24,000 bases of DNA from Leptolyngbyaceae cyanobacterium (GTDB lineage: Bacteria > Cyanobacteriota > Cyanobacteriia > Phormidesmidales > Phormidesmidaceae): the NCBI GenBank assembly GCA_050043365.1, contig JBHJIP010000110.1:10012-34011 (forward strand), given 5' to 3'. A program made the translations under genes and the position numbers. The notes beneath the pieces are model-generated. The model did no database searches. It saw only the letters and a list, made by a program, of their open reading frames with translations, and had not been told where the DNA came from. How positions within the stretch are numbered: position 1 is the stretch's first letter; the number at the start of each line of letters is the position of its first letter. Positions 1 through 10,130 of this stretch are shown one piece after another.

Positions 1-531
1 GCCTCATTTCGAACGATTTATACACTGCAAGGCATTTTCAAATCAGGTCATAGATCATGCTGGAGCGCGGCCTTTTTCATTTTGCGAATTTGATTGAACT
101 GAAATATTTACTAGTGAACTCTATTACTCAACTGGAATCGCTCAAAAATTGATCAGGCATATCAGAGCTTGAAAAGCTTAGTTCTTGGGACCTTACTGCA
201 AACAGCGGCTATGGCTCGGAGTGTATTTTTGCACCAAACGTTTCTGGATTGATTATTGTCAAAACTTGAATTCTTCTTGGGGGCCGCAGCTTAACTTTAT
301 TTTCTAAAACAACATTCACACTCTAAAAAAGAAATGTGACAACACTGTGACTGCTACGGTGGTGCTTTACATTCCGAAACATGGCTTTTAATCTCTTGGG
401 CCCTAGGGGATCGGATGCTCTGGTTTTCACCGCTGTCAAAGGGCGGTTGATAAGCCTGGTGCCGGAACCGCAATAGCCTTGCTATTTCGGGCTATCATCG
501 CGGTGCCAATTTATTTCCCCTTGGCAGACCC

Positions 532-1914
532 ATGACCCAGATCATGAACGATGTCTTCATTTCCTACTCCCGCAAGGATCAGTCCTTTGTCAGGGCTTTA
601 GATGCGGCGTTTCGGCGGTGCGATCGCGACCCCTGGATCGACTGGGAAGACATCCGCAAAGGCGAAGAGTGGTGGAAGGCTATCCAAAGGGGCATCGAAG
701 GGGCAGATACCTTTGTATTTGTGCTGAGCCCTGACTCCGTTGCCTCTGCCGTGTGCCGCGATGAGATTGAGCATGCGGTGCAGCACCATAAGCGCTTTTT
801 ACCCATCGTCTATCGCGAAGGGTTTGCCATGGCCGATGTGCATCCCAAGATATCCAGCCATAACTGGCTATTCTTCCGGGAAGCAGACAATTTTGAGCAG
901 GCTTTTCAGGACCTGCAAACAGCGCTTGACACCGATTTAGATTATGTCCGTGCCCATACTCGCCTACTGCTGCGCGCCTTGGAGTGGCGCGATAAAGGTC
1001 GTGGTTCTAGCTACTTGCTTCGGGGTACAGATTTGATCGAGGCGGAGCAATGGCTAGTGCAGGGGTCCGCAAAAGCGCCCCAGCCCACTGAACACCACAG
1101 TCAATATATTGCTGCCAGTCACGCAGCTAAAGCCGAAAAGCTAAAAGCCATTGAAAAAGGGCGTCGCACCGTTATTCTCACCACTATCGCCGCGAATCTT
1201 TCCCTGGTGATCTTGGGGGGGATTTGGTTGTACCGCGCCCGTGTCTCAGCCACCCTCGACAACATTCAAACCCTGATGCTGAAGGCTCTGCACATGGCTC
1301 GCGAGAATATTGATGGCGATCAGTTTGCCGATTTGACTGCCCTGCCGCCATCCACAGTCGCTGATCCTGAAAATACTGAGCTTTACATCAACCATCAAGA
1401 CTGGTTGGCCGCTGTGCAGCGGGTTTTTCCGGACACTTTAATTCGCACCTACATTGCTGGCGATGATGACGAGTTGCTGTGGGTCGGAGATGTCACTCGC
1501 ACTGCAAATTGGCGTGACGAGCAAGACTATGATTTCGAAACGCAGTTTTTAGAGCCAGTCCCCGCCTGGGAATGGCAAGAAGATGTCTTAGCGGGGCAGC
1601 AACGGTTTATCCCCCAGTTGCTGGAGCGGAAGGAACCTGCCCAGATGATGAATGGGCAAGAAAGTATCGTCATGCAACCCTATGCATTGCTCCCTGGTAG
1701 CGACGAAAAGGTGATTTCCGCCGCAGAACCGATTCGTGATTCCACCGGCAATATTGTTGGGGCCATTCAGGTGGATTATGCAGAGACAGATTTGTTGGCC
1801 GCAGAGCGAGAAGTGATTCAGGCTCTCCTCGTGGCCTTCGCGTTGATTTTGGGTTGGCAGCTGATTATTAGCTGGATTGTGCTGCGGGTGCTGCGCCCGA
1901 TTGCCGATGGCTGA
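532..1914 (+). CDS. TIR-domain protein with two TM segments flanking an extracytoplasmic sensor-like region
   Basis: N-terminus NDVFISYSRKDQSFVRALDAAF...WIDWEDIRKGEEWWKAI...VFVLSPDSVASAVCRDEI is a typical bacterial TIR/SEFIR-like fold. TM1 VILTTIAANLSLVILGGIWLY, then an extracytoplasmic region, then TM2 VIQALLVAFALILGWQLIISWIVLRVLRPIADG ending where a HAMP domain would begin. Confidence 0.8.
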   Translation: MTQIMNDVFISYSRKDQSFVRALDAAFRRCDRDPWIDWEDIRKGEEWWKAIQRGIEGADTFVFVLSPDSVASAVCRDEIEHAVQHHKRFLPIVYREGFAMADVHPKISSHNWLFFREADNFEQAFQDLQTALDTDLDYVRAHTRLLLRALEWRDKGRGSSYLLRGTDLIEAEQWLVQGSAKAPQPTEHHSQYIAASHAAKAEKLKAIEKGRRTVILTTIAANLSLVILGGIWLYRARVSATLDNIQTLMLKALHMARENIDGDQFADLTALPPSTVADPENTELYINHQDWLAAVQRVFPDTLIRTYIAGDDDELLWVGDVTRTANWRDEQDYDFETQFLEPVPAWEWQEDVLAGQQRFIPQLLERKEPAQMMNGQESIVMQPYALLPGSDEKVISAAEPIRDSTGNIVGAIQVDYAETDLLAAEREVIQALLVAFALILGWQLIISWIVLRVLRPIADG

Positions 1915-1940
1915 AGTCGCACTTGAGCAAAACCTAGACC

Positions 1941-2234
1941 TTAAGACGCTTTACGGCTCTCTAAGCGAAACAAAAACACCATCAGCGCCACAACGCCAAG
2001 CTGTAATGCCAAATTCGGCAAGGCATGTTCCAGGTCGCGACCACTCAGCACCTGAGCAAAAAAAACAAACCCGCCGATCGCGCCAGAGGCCCCAAAGGCA
2101 CCATACATAAACTTGCGCAGTCCTTTATAGGGGGCTTTTGCCTCAGCCATAAGGCGAGCGTAGCGCTCTGGGCTCATACCAGGGGGAATGCGCTGCTTCT
2201 CTTTTTGGGAAAGGGAATTCTTGGGAGTTGTCAT
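1941..2234 (-). CDS. DUF3493-like small membrane protein (cyanobacterial/plastid low-PSII-accumulation-like)
   Basis: 97 aa; MSPERYARLMAEAKAPYKGLRKFMYGAFGASGAIGGFVFFAQVLSG.. with two hydrophobic segments, typical of this cyanobacterial family. Confidence 0.6.
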   Translation of the reverse strand: MTTPKNSLSQKEKQRIPPGMSPERYARLMAEAKAPYKGLRKFMYGAFGASGAIGGFVFFAQVLSGRDLEHALPNLALQLGVVALMVFLFRLESRKAS

Positions 2235-2344
2235 TGTGCAAGTGGCAGTGCTGGTATCTATCCTGCCACGGGTCGGGAAACCGTTCAGCCTGATCGAGCA
2301 GATGTGAGAAGCTGGGGCCAGCGCGCAATCACCCGAACAGGAGG

Positions 2345-2740
2345 ATGGCTATGAGCTTGATCGGCAACATTGTTTGGCTGATTTTTGGCGGATTTATGGG
2401 CGGCGTTGGCTACATTGTCGGCGGCCTCAGCACCTGCATGACCGTCATCGGTATTCCTTTTGGGATTGAGACCATCAAGGTTGGCATCGCCACTTTCACG
2501 CCCTTTGGTAAGGAGGTGATCGAAGGGCCTAACGTGGGTACGCCCCTGGTGCAGATTCTGAATATTATCTGGTTTGTTTTGTTTGGCTGGGCGATCGCCC
2601 TCAACCATCTGGCTTGGGGCGCATTTTTAGCCGTCACCGTGATTGGCCTGCCCTTTGCCAAGCAGCACTTCAAGCTAATGGTGCTAGCGATTATGCCCTT
2701 TGGCCGCAGCTTGGAGTCGGTGCAAGGACAAACGGCCTGA
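2345..2740 (+). CDS. YccF domain-containing inner membrane protein
   Basis: MSLIGNIVWLIFGGFMGGVGYIVGGLSTCMTVIGIPFGIETIKVGIATFTPFGKEV, with a second similar repeat (ILNIIWFVLFGWAIALNHLAWGAFLAVTVIGLPFAKQHFKL), the hallmark of YccF. Confidence 0.85.
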   Translation: MAMSLIGNIVWLIFGGFMGGVGYIVGGLSTCMTVIGIPFGIETIKVGIATFTPFGKEVIEGPNVGTPLVQILNIIWFVLFGWAIALNHLAWGAFLAVTVIGLPFAKQHFKLMVLAIMPFGRSLESVQGQTA

Positions 2741-2807
2741 GTCTAAGGATTTCAGCGTTGGCTGGTATCCCACCAACCTAAATACCCTGCTAAAATTTGG
2801 GGGCTAC

Positions 2808-2879
2808 GCCGATGTGGCTCAGTGGTAGAGCACTCGATTCGTAATCGAGCGGTCGCGGGTTCAAATCCCGCCATCGGCT
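2808..2879 (+). tRNA. tRNA-Thr (anticodon CGU)
   Basis: GCCGATG/CATCGGC acceptor stem, CTCGA-TTCGTAA-TCGAG anticodon arm (anticodon CGT), GCGGG-TTCAAAT-CCCGC T arm; 72 nt, no encoded CCA. Confidence 0.95.
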
Positions 2880-3057
2880 TTTGTACGTTTGTACATTCGC
2901 ACGTTAAATGTCGCGATTCGCAGATGTGTGTTTTTCATAGAAAAAGACTGTGGCGGCACGCTTCCAAATATCTCCATCGGTTCTTCTCAAGATCTTCTTT
3001 TTTTATTGGTCTAATGGTCTTGTCTTATCCACTTAGATCGTTACATCTTTAAGATCA

Positions 3058-4137
3058 ATGACTACCGTTCTACAACGTCAAGATACGAACTTGTGGGAGA
3101 GCTTCTGTAATTGGGTTACCAGTACCGAGAATCGGCTCTATGTTGGCTGGTTCGGAGTTTTGATGATTCCTTTGCTAGGAGTTTCTATCACCGTTTTTGT
3201 ACTGGCCTTTATAGCTGCTCCCCCGGTCGATATTGATGGCATTCGGGAACCGCTTTCGGGCTCTTTGCTTTACGGCAACAACATCATTACCGCAGCAGTT
3301 GTACCCTCATCTAATGCGATCGGCCTTCATTTTTATGCGATTTGGGAAGCAGCCAGCCTAGATGAGTGGCTTTATAACGGCGGGCCGTACCAGATGATCG
3401 CCTTCCACTATATTCCGGCTTTACTGTGTTATGTGGGCCGAGAGTGGGAGCTGAGCTATCGCCTAGGTATGCGACCCTGGATCTGTGTGGCTTATTCTGC
3501 ACCAGTCGCGGCAACTAGCTCAGTATTTCTGATTTATCCCATTGGACAGGGCAGTTTCTCTGATGGCCTACCGATGGGGATTAGCGGAACCTTCAATTTT
3601 ATGTTCGTCTTCCAGGCTGAACATAATATTTTGATGCATCCGTTTCACATGCTAGGGGTTGCCGGGGTACTCGGAGGATCTCTGTTCTGTGCAATGCATG
3701 GCTCCTTGGTAACCTCAAGCCTGATTCGAGAGACCACTGAAACTCAGTCCCAAAATGATGGCTATAAGTTTGGCCAAGAGGAAGAAACCTACAACATTCT
3801 GGCAGCACACGGCTATTTTGGCCGTTTGATCTTTCAATATGCCAGCTTTAACAATTCTCGCTCGTTACACTTTTTCCTAGCCGCCTGGCCAGTCATTTGT
3901 ATCTGGTTTGTGGCACTAGGCATTAGCACAATGGCATTCAACCTCAATGGCTTCAACTTTAATCACTCGGTTTTGGATTCTCAGGGTCGAGTCTTGCCGA
4001 GTTGGGCCGATGTGCTCAACCGGGCCAATTTGGGCTTTGAGGTTTTGCATGAGCGGAATGCCCACAATTTCCCCCTAGATTTGGCGAGTGCACCGGCGAT
4101 TCCAGTAGCCTATCAAGTGTCTGAAGTTCAGGCTTGA
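3058..4137 (+). CDS. psbA: Photosystem II D1 protein, probable far-red paralog (FaRLiP psbA3-type)
   Basis: 359-aa D1; retains D170 (SFSDG), E189/H190 (VFQAEHN), the C-terminal [13 protein letters not shown] with Mn ligands and processing site, and E130. Several D1 positions look unusual ([39 protein letters not shown]). Confidence 0.88.
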   Translation: MTTVLQRQDTNLWESFCNWVTSTENRLYVGWFGVLMIPLLGVSITVFVLAFIAAPPVDIDGIREPLSGSLLYGNNIITAAVVPSSNAIGLHFYAIWEAASLDEWLYNGGPYQMIAFHYIPALLCYVGREWELSYRLGMRPWICVAYSAPVAATSSVFLIYPIGQGSFSDGLPMGISGTFNFMFVFQAEHNILMHPFHMLGVAGVLGGSLFCAMHGSLVTSSLIRETTETQSQNDGYKFGQEEETYNILAAHGYFGRLIFQYASFNNSRSLHFFLAAWPVICIWFVALGISTMAFNLNGFNFNHSVLDSQGRVLPSWADVLNRANLGFEVLHERNAHNFPLDLASAPAIPVAYQVSEVQA

Positions 4138-4169
4138 TATCACTTTTGACTGTTACACGCGCCAAGCAG

Positions 4170-4204
4170 ACAGCGCTTTCCTGAGAAGAAAGCGCTGTTT
4201 TTTT
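4170..4204 (+). terminator. Rho-independent terminator of psbA
   Basis: ACAGCGCTTT-cctgagaag-AAAGCGCTGT stem-loop followed by TTTTTTTT. Confidence 0.85.
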
Positions 4205-4556
4205 ATGGTGGCTAAAGCCCTTCAAACGGTCGTCGTGACTCAGTCGTTAGCGTCAACATCAAGGCCTTATAGAGTGCTTACGGCCCCCTGCAACACTGTT
4301 CATGGATAGCGACCTAACTTATGCCTCAAATGTTGACTAAAGATTCGGTTGGCTCAGGCGATCGCCAGAAAGAGCAATAGCAGATCGCTCTACCAGGCCT
4401 CAAGATTCGTTGAATCATGGAGGTATCTTTGGCGCGATCGCACACTTCTCAAATAGGCAGGAATTGCTTTGTCATAGCATTCGGGTGAGTCAAGCTCATA
4501 AAAAAGCCCTCTTGACGAGGGCTGAGGTATTCGCTCAAACAACTTTTGAAAAGGGT

Positions 4557-4644
4557 CTAGGGCTTGTGGACAATCAGCGGCGAAATCCTCTCTGGGTAAG
4601 CCTGACCACGCCCGCTCCGACAAATCAAGCTAGGAGCTGTAACC
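4557..4644 (+). repeat. Truncated copy of ~127-bp MITE-like repeat
   Basis: CTAGGGCTTGTGGACAATCAGCGGCGAAATCC...AAATCAAGCTAGGAGCTGTAACCG matches the copies at 14045-14171 and 17318-17445; right end not found. Confidence 0.75.
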
Positions 4645-4711
4645 GTTGCACCCCTGAGATTCCAAACCGTGAATCTTAAACCCCAGTCGGAGATCTTGAC
4701 GCCGCCTGTGA

Positions 4712-5095
4712 CTAGCCCCAACGCTGCACTAATAGGCAAATAGAGCCGTCTTTGCGCTGTTGCTGATCAGCCACTTCAAACCCCCGCTGCGCGGTCTCAT
4801 GCAGGATGGTGTGGTAGGCATAGCGTTGGGTGATGAGCTGCAAAAACCCATCCACCGACAGGGGCTGCTGCCAGAACTGCAAATCCGACACCAGGGCATA
4901 TTCCTGACCATTCCAGGCGAAGCCGATATCATGCTGATTGGACTGTTCAATCACTAGATCAACGCTGCAGGTTTGGCCTTGATAACCTCTGACCTTGGCG
5001 GGGCCAGATTGCCATTCGATATCTAGATCCGTTAAAGCTAATTGCAGGACTTCCAGATTGCGCAGGCGAGTTTTGATGTGACTGAAGTGAGACAT
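4712..5095 (-). CDS. ycf35: Ycf35-like (DUF1257) protein
   Basis: MSHFSHIKTRLRNLEVLQLALTDLDIEW...VRGYQGQ...DIGFAWNGQEYALVSDLQFW...LITQRYAYHTILHETAQRGFEV matches the Ycf35 pattern (MSHFS.I.T.i.d...L..aL.dLg...V RGY.G......YA...v......GF). Confidence 0.8.
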   Translation of the reverse strand: MSHFSHIKTRLRNLEVLQLALTDLDIEWQSGPAKVRGYQGQTCSVDLVIEQSNQHDIGFAWNGQEYALVSDLQFWQQPLSVDGFLQLITQRYAYHTILHETAQRGFEVADQQQRKDGSICLLVQRWG

Positions 5096-5143
5096 GATGA
5101 ACCTTGCAAAACGACAGACTTTTAGGTGCCGTTCAGGAGGGCA

Positions 5144-5290
5144 CTATTCTCGATCTATGGGATAGGTTTTGTAGGAATAAATCCCAAAAGCCAGGCAGCC
5201 AATGAGCAACACAATGAGTGCTGAAACAATGCCACTAGCAGTAGAGCTAAAGTCACCTTCTCCGTAAGCCAAATAGAAAATATTCAGCAT
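5144..5290 (-). CDS. Unannotated 48-aa single-TM protein directly downstream of psbH
   Basis: Hand translation: MLNIFYLAYGEGDFSSTASGIVSALIVLLIGCLAFGIYSYKTYPIDRE*. One hydrophobic helix; a 52-bp gap after psbH on the same strand. Not in the supplied ORF track (below length cutoff). Confidence 0.65.
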   Translation of the reverse strand: MLNIFYLAYGEGDFSSTASGIVSALIVLLIGCLAFGIYSYKTYPIDRE

Positions 5291-5342
5291 TTTTACCTCC
5301 ATGAACAGATCAGAAATCGCTGAATTCAGTACCTGATTAGGC

Positions 5343-5564
5343 TTAATCTAAGTCAAATACCGGTGTCATATCGAACTCGTTTAACAGGATGGTGCCGTTG
5401 TAAAGCTGCAAAATAATCAGGATAAACAGCAGCAGTGCTACCAGCAGGGCAGCCATGATGGGGGTAGTACCCCAGCCCGGTGTAACTCGACCGGCCTCAG
5501 AATTAAAGGCTCGCAGGGCATATTGCAAAGGAGCTACTTTTTTAGAAACGTATTTTTGCTGCAT
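5343..5564 (-). CDS. psbH: Photosystem II protein PsbH, FaRLiP paralog (PsbH2-type)
   Basis: ..LRAFNSEAGRVTPGWGTTPIMAALLVALLLFILIILQLYNGTILLNEF..: PsbH signature LNSE.GKVAPGWGTTP + IILQIYN. Confidence 0.93.
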   Translation of the reverse strand: MQQKYVSKKVAPLQYALRAFNSEAGRVTPGWGTTPIMAALLVALLLFILIILQLYNGTILLNEFDMTPVFDLD

Positions 5565-5779
5565 GGGTGATAGTCTTCCGGTTTAGAAATGCTTAAATTT
5601 GGGCTTCCGACAACGCATTTTTGATGCAAATTGCTAGGAATAAATGCATTTGAAAAGCTGGTTTCAATAGTGGGGAATCAGGTATACCATCCCATCAAAA
5701 GAGCTGTTGACCACAGTGGCTTTTCAAGGTTGTCATCGGGGCAGGACGCAATAGGCTGCCCCGATCAACGGTTACCCCA

Positions 5780-7312
5780 TCAAGTCGTGGGGGCTTGGCG
5801 AGTGGTGGGATCGCCGACCTTGCTGAAATAGCCCCACTCCACCTGTTCTGCGCTCAACTCTGGATCAATCCCCGAGAAGACATCTTGGAACAGGGCTCGC
5901 AGTCCGTGCCAGATATGGCCAAAGAACCAGACCAAAGCAAAACAGGCATGGAAAAAAGCGAAGAAGCCGCGATTGCTGGTGCGGATAGCACCGTCGGAGT
6001 TGTATACAGTGCGGTCAAACTCAAAGGGTTCGCCCAACTGCGCTTTGCGCGCATACTGCTTGACCTTTTGCGGTTCGGTAAAGGTCTGCCCATCGAGCTG
6101 GCCGCCGAAAAAGCTGACCGTTACGCCCGTTTGTTCAAATCCGTATTTGGCCTCCGATCGCCGGAACGGAATATCAGCTCGAACGATGCCCTGGCGATCA
6201 GTTAACACCACCGGGAAGTTTTCAAAGAAGTTAGGCATGCGCCTGACCTCTAGCTCCCGACCTTCTTTATCTTTAAAGATCGGGTGCCCCAGCCAGCCAG
6301 CGGCAAGGCCATCGCCATCAACCATGCGACCGACGCGGAACAACCCCCCTTTGGCTGGGCTATTGCCTACATAGTCGTAGAAGGCGAGCTTTTGCGGAAT
6401 GGCCGCCCAGGCATCCGTTAGGCTTTGCCCAGCAGCTTCAGCGGCATGGACGCGGCGCTCGATTTCTTCGTGAAAATAGCCCTTGTCCCAGTGGTAGCGG
6501 GTTGGTCCCCACAGCTCAATCGGGGTAGTGGCCGTGCCGTACCACATGGTCCCGGCGGCGATAAAGCCCCCGGCAAAGAAGACCGCCAGGCCACTGGCCA
6601 GAGCCCCTTCGATATTCCCCATGCGGAGGGCTTTATAGAGATATTCGGGCGGCCGCACCAGGATATGGAACAGCCCGCCAAGGATGGCTACGATGCCCGC
6701 CGCAATATGGTGGGCTACCACCCCGCCGGGATTTTGCGGATTGAAGCCAGCGGCACCCCATTCGGGGGCAACGCCTTGGATATGGCCCGTTAGTCCATAG
6801 GGGTCAGAGACCCACATGCCAGGACCAAAGACCCCGGTTAGGTGAAAGGCTCCAAAGCCGAAACACAGCAGCCCTGCCAGTAGTAAATGAATACCGAAGA
6901 CCTTAGGCAAGTCGATGATGGGCTCATCGGTTTTAGGATCGAAGAATGTGGCAACATCCCAGTACACCCAGTGCCAGCAGGCGGCTAGGAATTCTAAGCC
7001 GGAGAACACAATGTGGGCGATCGCGACGGTTTCAAACGTCCAAAAGCCGGGGTCGGTAAAGGTTTCACCCGTGATGCTCCAACCTTGCCAGGAGTTGGTG
7101 ACGCCCAGGCGAGCCACAAAGGGCATCAAAAAGCTCCCTTGCCGCCACATGGCATTGAGGACGGGGTCGGTGGGGTCGTAGCGCGCCAGCTCAAATAGCA
7201 GCATGGAGCCAGCAAATCCGGCGCATAGGGCATTGTGCATCAGATGCACCGCCAGCAGTCGGCCCGGATCGTTGAGGACAGAAGTATGGACGCGGTACCA
7301 AGGCAGTCCCAT
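5780..7312 (-). CDS. psbB: Photosystem II CP47 chlorophyll protein, FaRLiP paralog (track start 7342; MGLPWYR start at 7312 preferred)
   Basis: [59 protein letters not shown]...; canonical PsbB N-terminus and six-TM core antenna fold. Confidence 0.95.
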   Translation of the reverse strand: MGLPWYRVHTSVLNDPGRLLAVHLMHNALCAGFAGSMLLFELARYDPTDPVLNAMWRQGSFLMPFVARLGVTNSWQGWSITGETFTDPGFWTFETVAIAHIVFSGLEFLAACWHWVYWDVATFFDPKTDEPIIDLPKVFGIHLLLAGLLCFGFGAFHLTGVFGPGMWVSDPYGLTGHIQGVAPEWGAAGFNPQNPGGVVAHHIAAGIVAILGGLFHILVRPPEYLYKALRMGNIEGALASGLAVFFAGGFIAAGTMWYGTATTPIELWGPTRYHWDKGYFHEEIERRVHAAEAAGQSLTDAWAAIPQKLAFYDYVGNSPAKGGLFRVGRMVDGDGLAAGWLGHPIFKDKEGRELEVRRMPNFFENFPVVLTDRQGIVRADIPFRRSEAKYGFEQTGVTVSFFGGQLDGQTFTEPQKVKQYARKAQLGEPFEFDRTVYNSDGAIRTSNRGFFAFFHACFALVWFFGHIWHGLRALFQDVFSGIDPELSAEQVEWGYFSKVGDPTTRQAPTT

Positions 7313-7452
7313 CAGGGTCTTCTCCTTGCGTGAGGTGAACATTTAGAAAGGGTGAGACGGGTCAGGCATCCTCGACTGACACTTAGGTCAATGCCGACCC
7401 GTGACGGCGAACATGGCTCACCCATCTATCAAGACGGGTGGCAGGTCTGGCG

Positions 7453-8901
7453 CTAACGCAGACTGGGATCAATCGGCGGCATCGACAGCACTGGTTCGTT
7501 TTCGCGATCGAGGCCGGTTTCAAAGCCAGCAGCCGTGGCCCGAGCTCGGCCCGCGTGCCAGAGATGTCCCACTAAGAAAAAGAAGGCAAAGATAAAGTGG
7601 GCGGAGGCCAGCCAGGTCCGGGGGGAGACATAGTTAAAGGCATTCGTTTCAGTCGCCAGCCCTGCCACCGAGTTCAGAGAACCGATCGGGGCATGGGTCA
7701 TGTATTCCGCCGCTTGCCGTAACTGCCAGGGTTGAATATCGTGCCTGATTTTTTCCAGATCCAGGCCATTGGAGCCTCGCAACGGTTCTAACCAAGGGGC
7801 ACGAGTCGACCAAAAGCGCATGGTTTCACCGCCGAAAATGATTTCTCCCGTGGGCGATCGCTGCAAGTATTTACCGAGGCCGGTCGGCCCCTGAGCCGAC
7901 GCCACCTCAGCCCCCAGATTTTGGTCGCGGGCTAAAAATACCAGCGATTGGGCCTGGGAAGCTTCGGGCACTGTCGGCCCATAGAACACGCTGGGATAAG
8001 CGGTATTGCTAAACCAGATAAAGGCGGTGGCGATAAAGGCTTGACCGGCGACATTGCCCAAACTCTGAGAGAGGTACGTCTCGCCTGTCCAGGGATAGAG
8101 GTTATCGGTCCAGCGCAGGGGCGGCACGAGAATGTGCCAGATGCCCCCAATCACCAGCAAGCTACCAATCCAAATATGACCGCCGATAACATCTTCTAAG
8201 TTATTGACGCCGACAATCCAGCCACTACCGCCAGTGGGCAGGCGCAGCAGGTAGCCAAAAATAATGCGGGGGTCGAGGGTGGGGCTCGTGATCAGTCGCA
8301 CGTCGCCGCCCCCCGGTGCCCAGGGGTCATACAGCCCGCCCCAAAACATCGCTTTGCAGACAAACAGCAGGGCAAAGATCCCCAACATGAGGATATGGAA
8401 GCCGAGAATCTGAGCGACCTTGGCGCGATCGGTCCAGTCAAACTCAAAAAAGCCCGAGAGTTTCTCGGGACCTTTGATGGTGTGATAAATACCACCCGCG
8501 CCTAGGACGGCAGAGCCAATCAGGTGGGCAACCCCAATGGCGAAAAAGGGAAAAATATTAGTGACCGCCCCCCCTTGACCGACCCCAAAGCCCAGGGTCG
8601 CAATGTGGGGCATGAGAATGCAGCCCTGCTCATACATCGGTTTAGACAGGTTGTAATGAGACACCTCAAACAAGAGCATGCCACCTGCCCAAAAGGCGAT
8701 CAGGCCCGCATGGGCGATGTGGGCTCCGAGAAACCGTCCGGTTAACTCAGGGGTAATGAACCGGGCATTTCCCGCCCACCAGGCAAACCCACTGGACTCT
8801 TCGTCGTAGCCAGGGCTGGCCGGGGCCAAGATGGAGCCTTCTTCAGCCAGCGATCGACTCGCTGGCGAGATATCGGGAATCGTTTCGATCGGTGTTTCCA
8901 T
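7453..8901 (-). CDS. psbC: Photosystem II CP43 chlorophyll protein, FaRLiP paralog
   Basis: [50 protein letters not shown]...; FGGETMRFW Mn-ligand/second-shell motif retained. Confidence 0.95.
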   Translation of the reverse strand: METPIETIPDISPASRSLAEEGSILAPASPGYDEESSGFAWWAGNARFITPELTGRFLGAHIAHAGLIAFWAGGMLLFEVSHYNLSKPMYEQGCILMPHIATLGFGVGQGGAVTNIFPFFAIGVAHLIGSAVLGAGGIYHTIKGPEKLSGFFEFDWTDRAKVAQILGFHILMLGIFALLFVCKAMFWGGLYDPWAPGGGDVRLITSPTLDPRIIFGYLLRLPTGGSGWIVGVNNLEDVIGGHIWIGSLLVIGGIWHILVPPLRWTDNLYPWTGETYLSQSLGNVAGQAFIATAFIWFSNTAYPSVFYGPTVPEASQAQSLVFLARDQNLGAEVASAQGPTGLGKYLQRSPTGEIIFGGETMRFWSTRAPWLEPLRGSNGLDLEKIRHDIQPWQLRQAAEYMTHAPIGSLNSVAGLATETNAFNYVSPRTWLASAHFIFAFFFLVGHLWHAGRARATAAGFETGLDRENEPVLSMPPIDPSLR

Positions 8902-8983
8902 CGGGGGTTAACCTCTGCAAAAACTATGGGGTGTGAATGAGATGCGCGATATCGCATCCCATCCCGTCTTGACGACAGCGGCT

Positions 8984-10042
8984 TTACTGCGAAAAACCTC
9001 GGGGCAGCACTTCTTCCGGGAAGACAAACTTCTTGGCGGGCTGATCCATCTCTGCCATCCAGGCCCGCACCCCTTCATTGAGCAAGACATTCTTGGTGTA
9101 GAACGTCTCGAATTCGGGGTCTTGGGCGGCGCGAAGCTCCTGACTGACAAAGTCATAGGCCCGCAAGTTGAATGACAATCCCACCATGCCAATGGCGCTC
9201 ATCCACAGTCCGGTAACGGGCACAAACAGCATGAAGAAGTGCAGCCAGCGCTTGTTAGAAAAGGCAATGCCGAAAATTTGTGACCAAAAGCGATTGGCAG
9301 TCACCATGGAATAGGTCTCTTCGGCCTGGGCCGTGGAAAAGCCCTTGAAGGTGTTTTTGCCCGTCGAATCTTTGAACAGGGTATTTTGCACGGTCGCCCC
9401 GTGGATGGCACAGAGCAGCGCTGCCCCCAACACGCCCGTCACCCCCATCATGTGAAAGGGATTGAGCGTGTAATTGTGAAACCCCTGGAAAAACAGTAGG
9501 AATCGAAAAATAGCGGTGACACCAAAGCTGGGGGCAAAAAACCAACCAGATTGGCCCAAGGGATACATCAGAAACGTGGCGACATAGACAGCGATGGGGG
9601 CCGAAAAGGCGATCGCGTTATAGGGGCGCAGCCCAACCAGACGAGCCACCTCAATTTGCCGCAGCATAAAGCCGATCAGGGCAAAGACACCGTGAAAGGC
9701 GGTGAAATTCCACAGGCCGCCAATTTGACACCAGCGAATAAAGTCGCCATTGGCTTCAGGCCCCCACAGCAGCAGTAGAGAATGGCCTATGCTCTCGGCT
9801 GGGGTCGAGACAGCAACCGTTAAAAAGTTGCAGCCTTCGATATAAGAGCTGACTAGGCCGTGGGTGTACCAAGATGTGACAAAGGTCGTGCCGGTAAACC
9901 AAGCCCCGATCGCCAAGTAAGCACAGGGAAAGAGCAACAGTCCTGACCAGCCGATAAACACGAAGCGATCGCGCTTGAGCCAGTCATCGAGTTCACCCAC
10001 CCAGCTGCGGGCTGGTTTCAGGGCTCCTACCGAAATCGTCAT
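8984..10042 (-). CDS. psbD: Photosystem II D2 protein, FaRLiP paralog (PsbD3-type)
   Basis: 352 aa; [64 protein letters not shown]... [17 protein letters not shown]. Confidence 0.95.
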   Translation of the reverse strand: MTISVGALKPARSWVGELDDWLKRDRFVFIGWSGLLLFPCAYLAIGAWFTGTTFVTSWYTHGLVSSYIEGCNFLTVAVSTPAESIGHSLLLLWGPEANGDFIRWCQIGGLWNFTAFHGVFALIGFMLRQIEVARLVGLRPYNAIAFSAPIAVYVATFLMYPLGQSGWFFAPSFGVTAIFRFLLFFQGFHNYTLNPFHMMGVTGVLGAALLCAIHGATVQNTLFKDSTGKNTFKGFSTAQAEETYSMVTANRFWSQIFGIAFSNKRWLHFFMLFVPVTGLWMSAIGMVGLSFNLRAYDFVSQELRAAQDPEFETFYTKNVLLNEGVRAWMAEMDQPAKKFVFPEEVLPRGFSQ

Positions 10043-10130
10043 CGTTTACATCCTCATCTATCTAAATATGTTGGATAAAAGCAGGTCAGGGGGCGGTGTC
10101 AGCCCTTGCTGCTTTTGGGGTAAGGGGTCC

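Noticed and set aside
1877-2110. 77-aa plus-strand ORF following the TIR gene
   Set aside because: Antisense to most of the DUF3493-like gene with a basic, repetitive composition; considered only as a possible frameshifted continuation of the TIR gene, but it has no HAMP-like sequence.
4390-4623. 77-aa minus-strand ORF
   Set aside because: Its N-terminal ~20 codons are encoded by the MITE-like repeat; remainder not recognised. Considered spurious or a decayed remnant.
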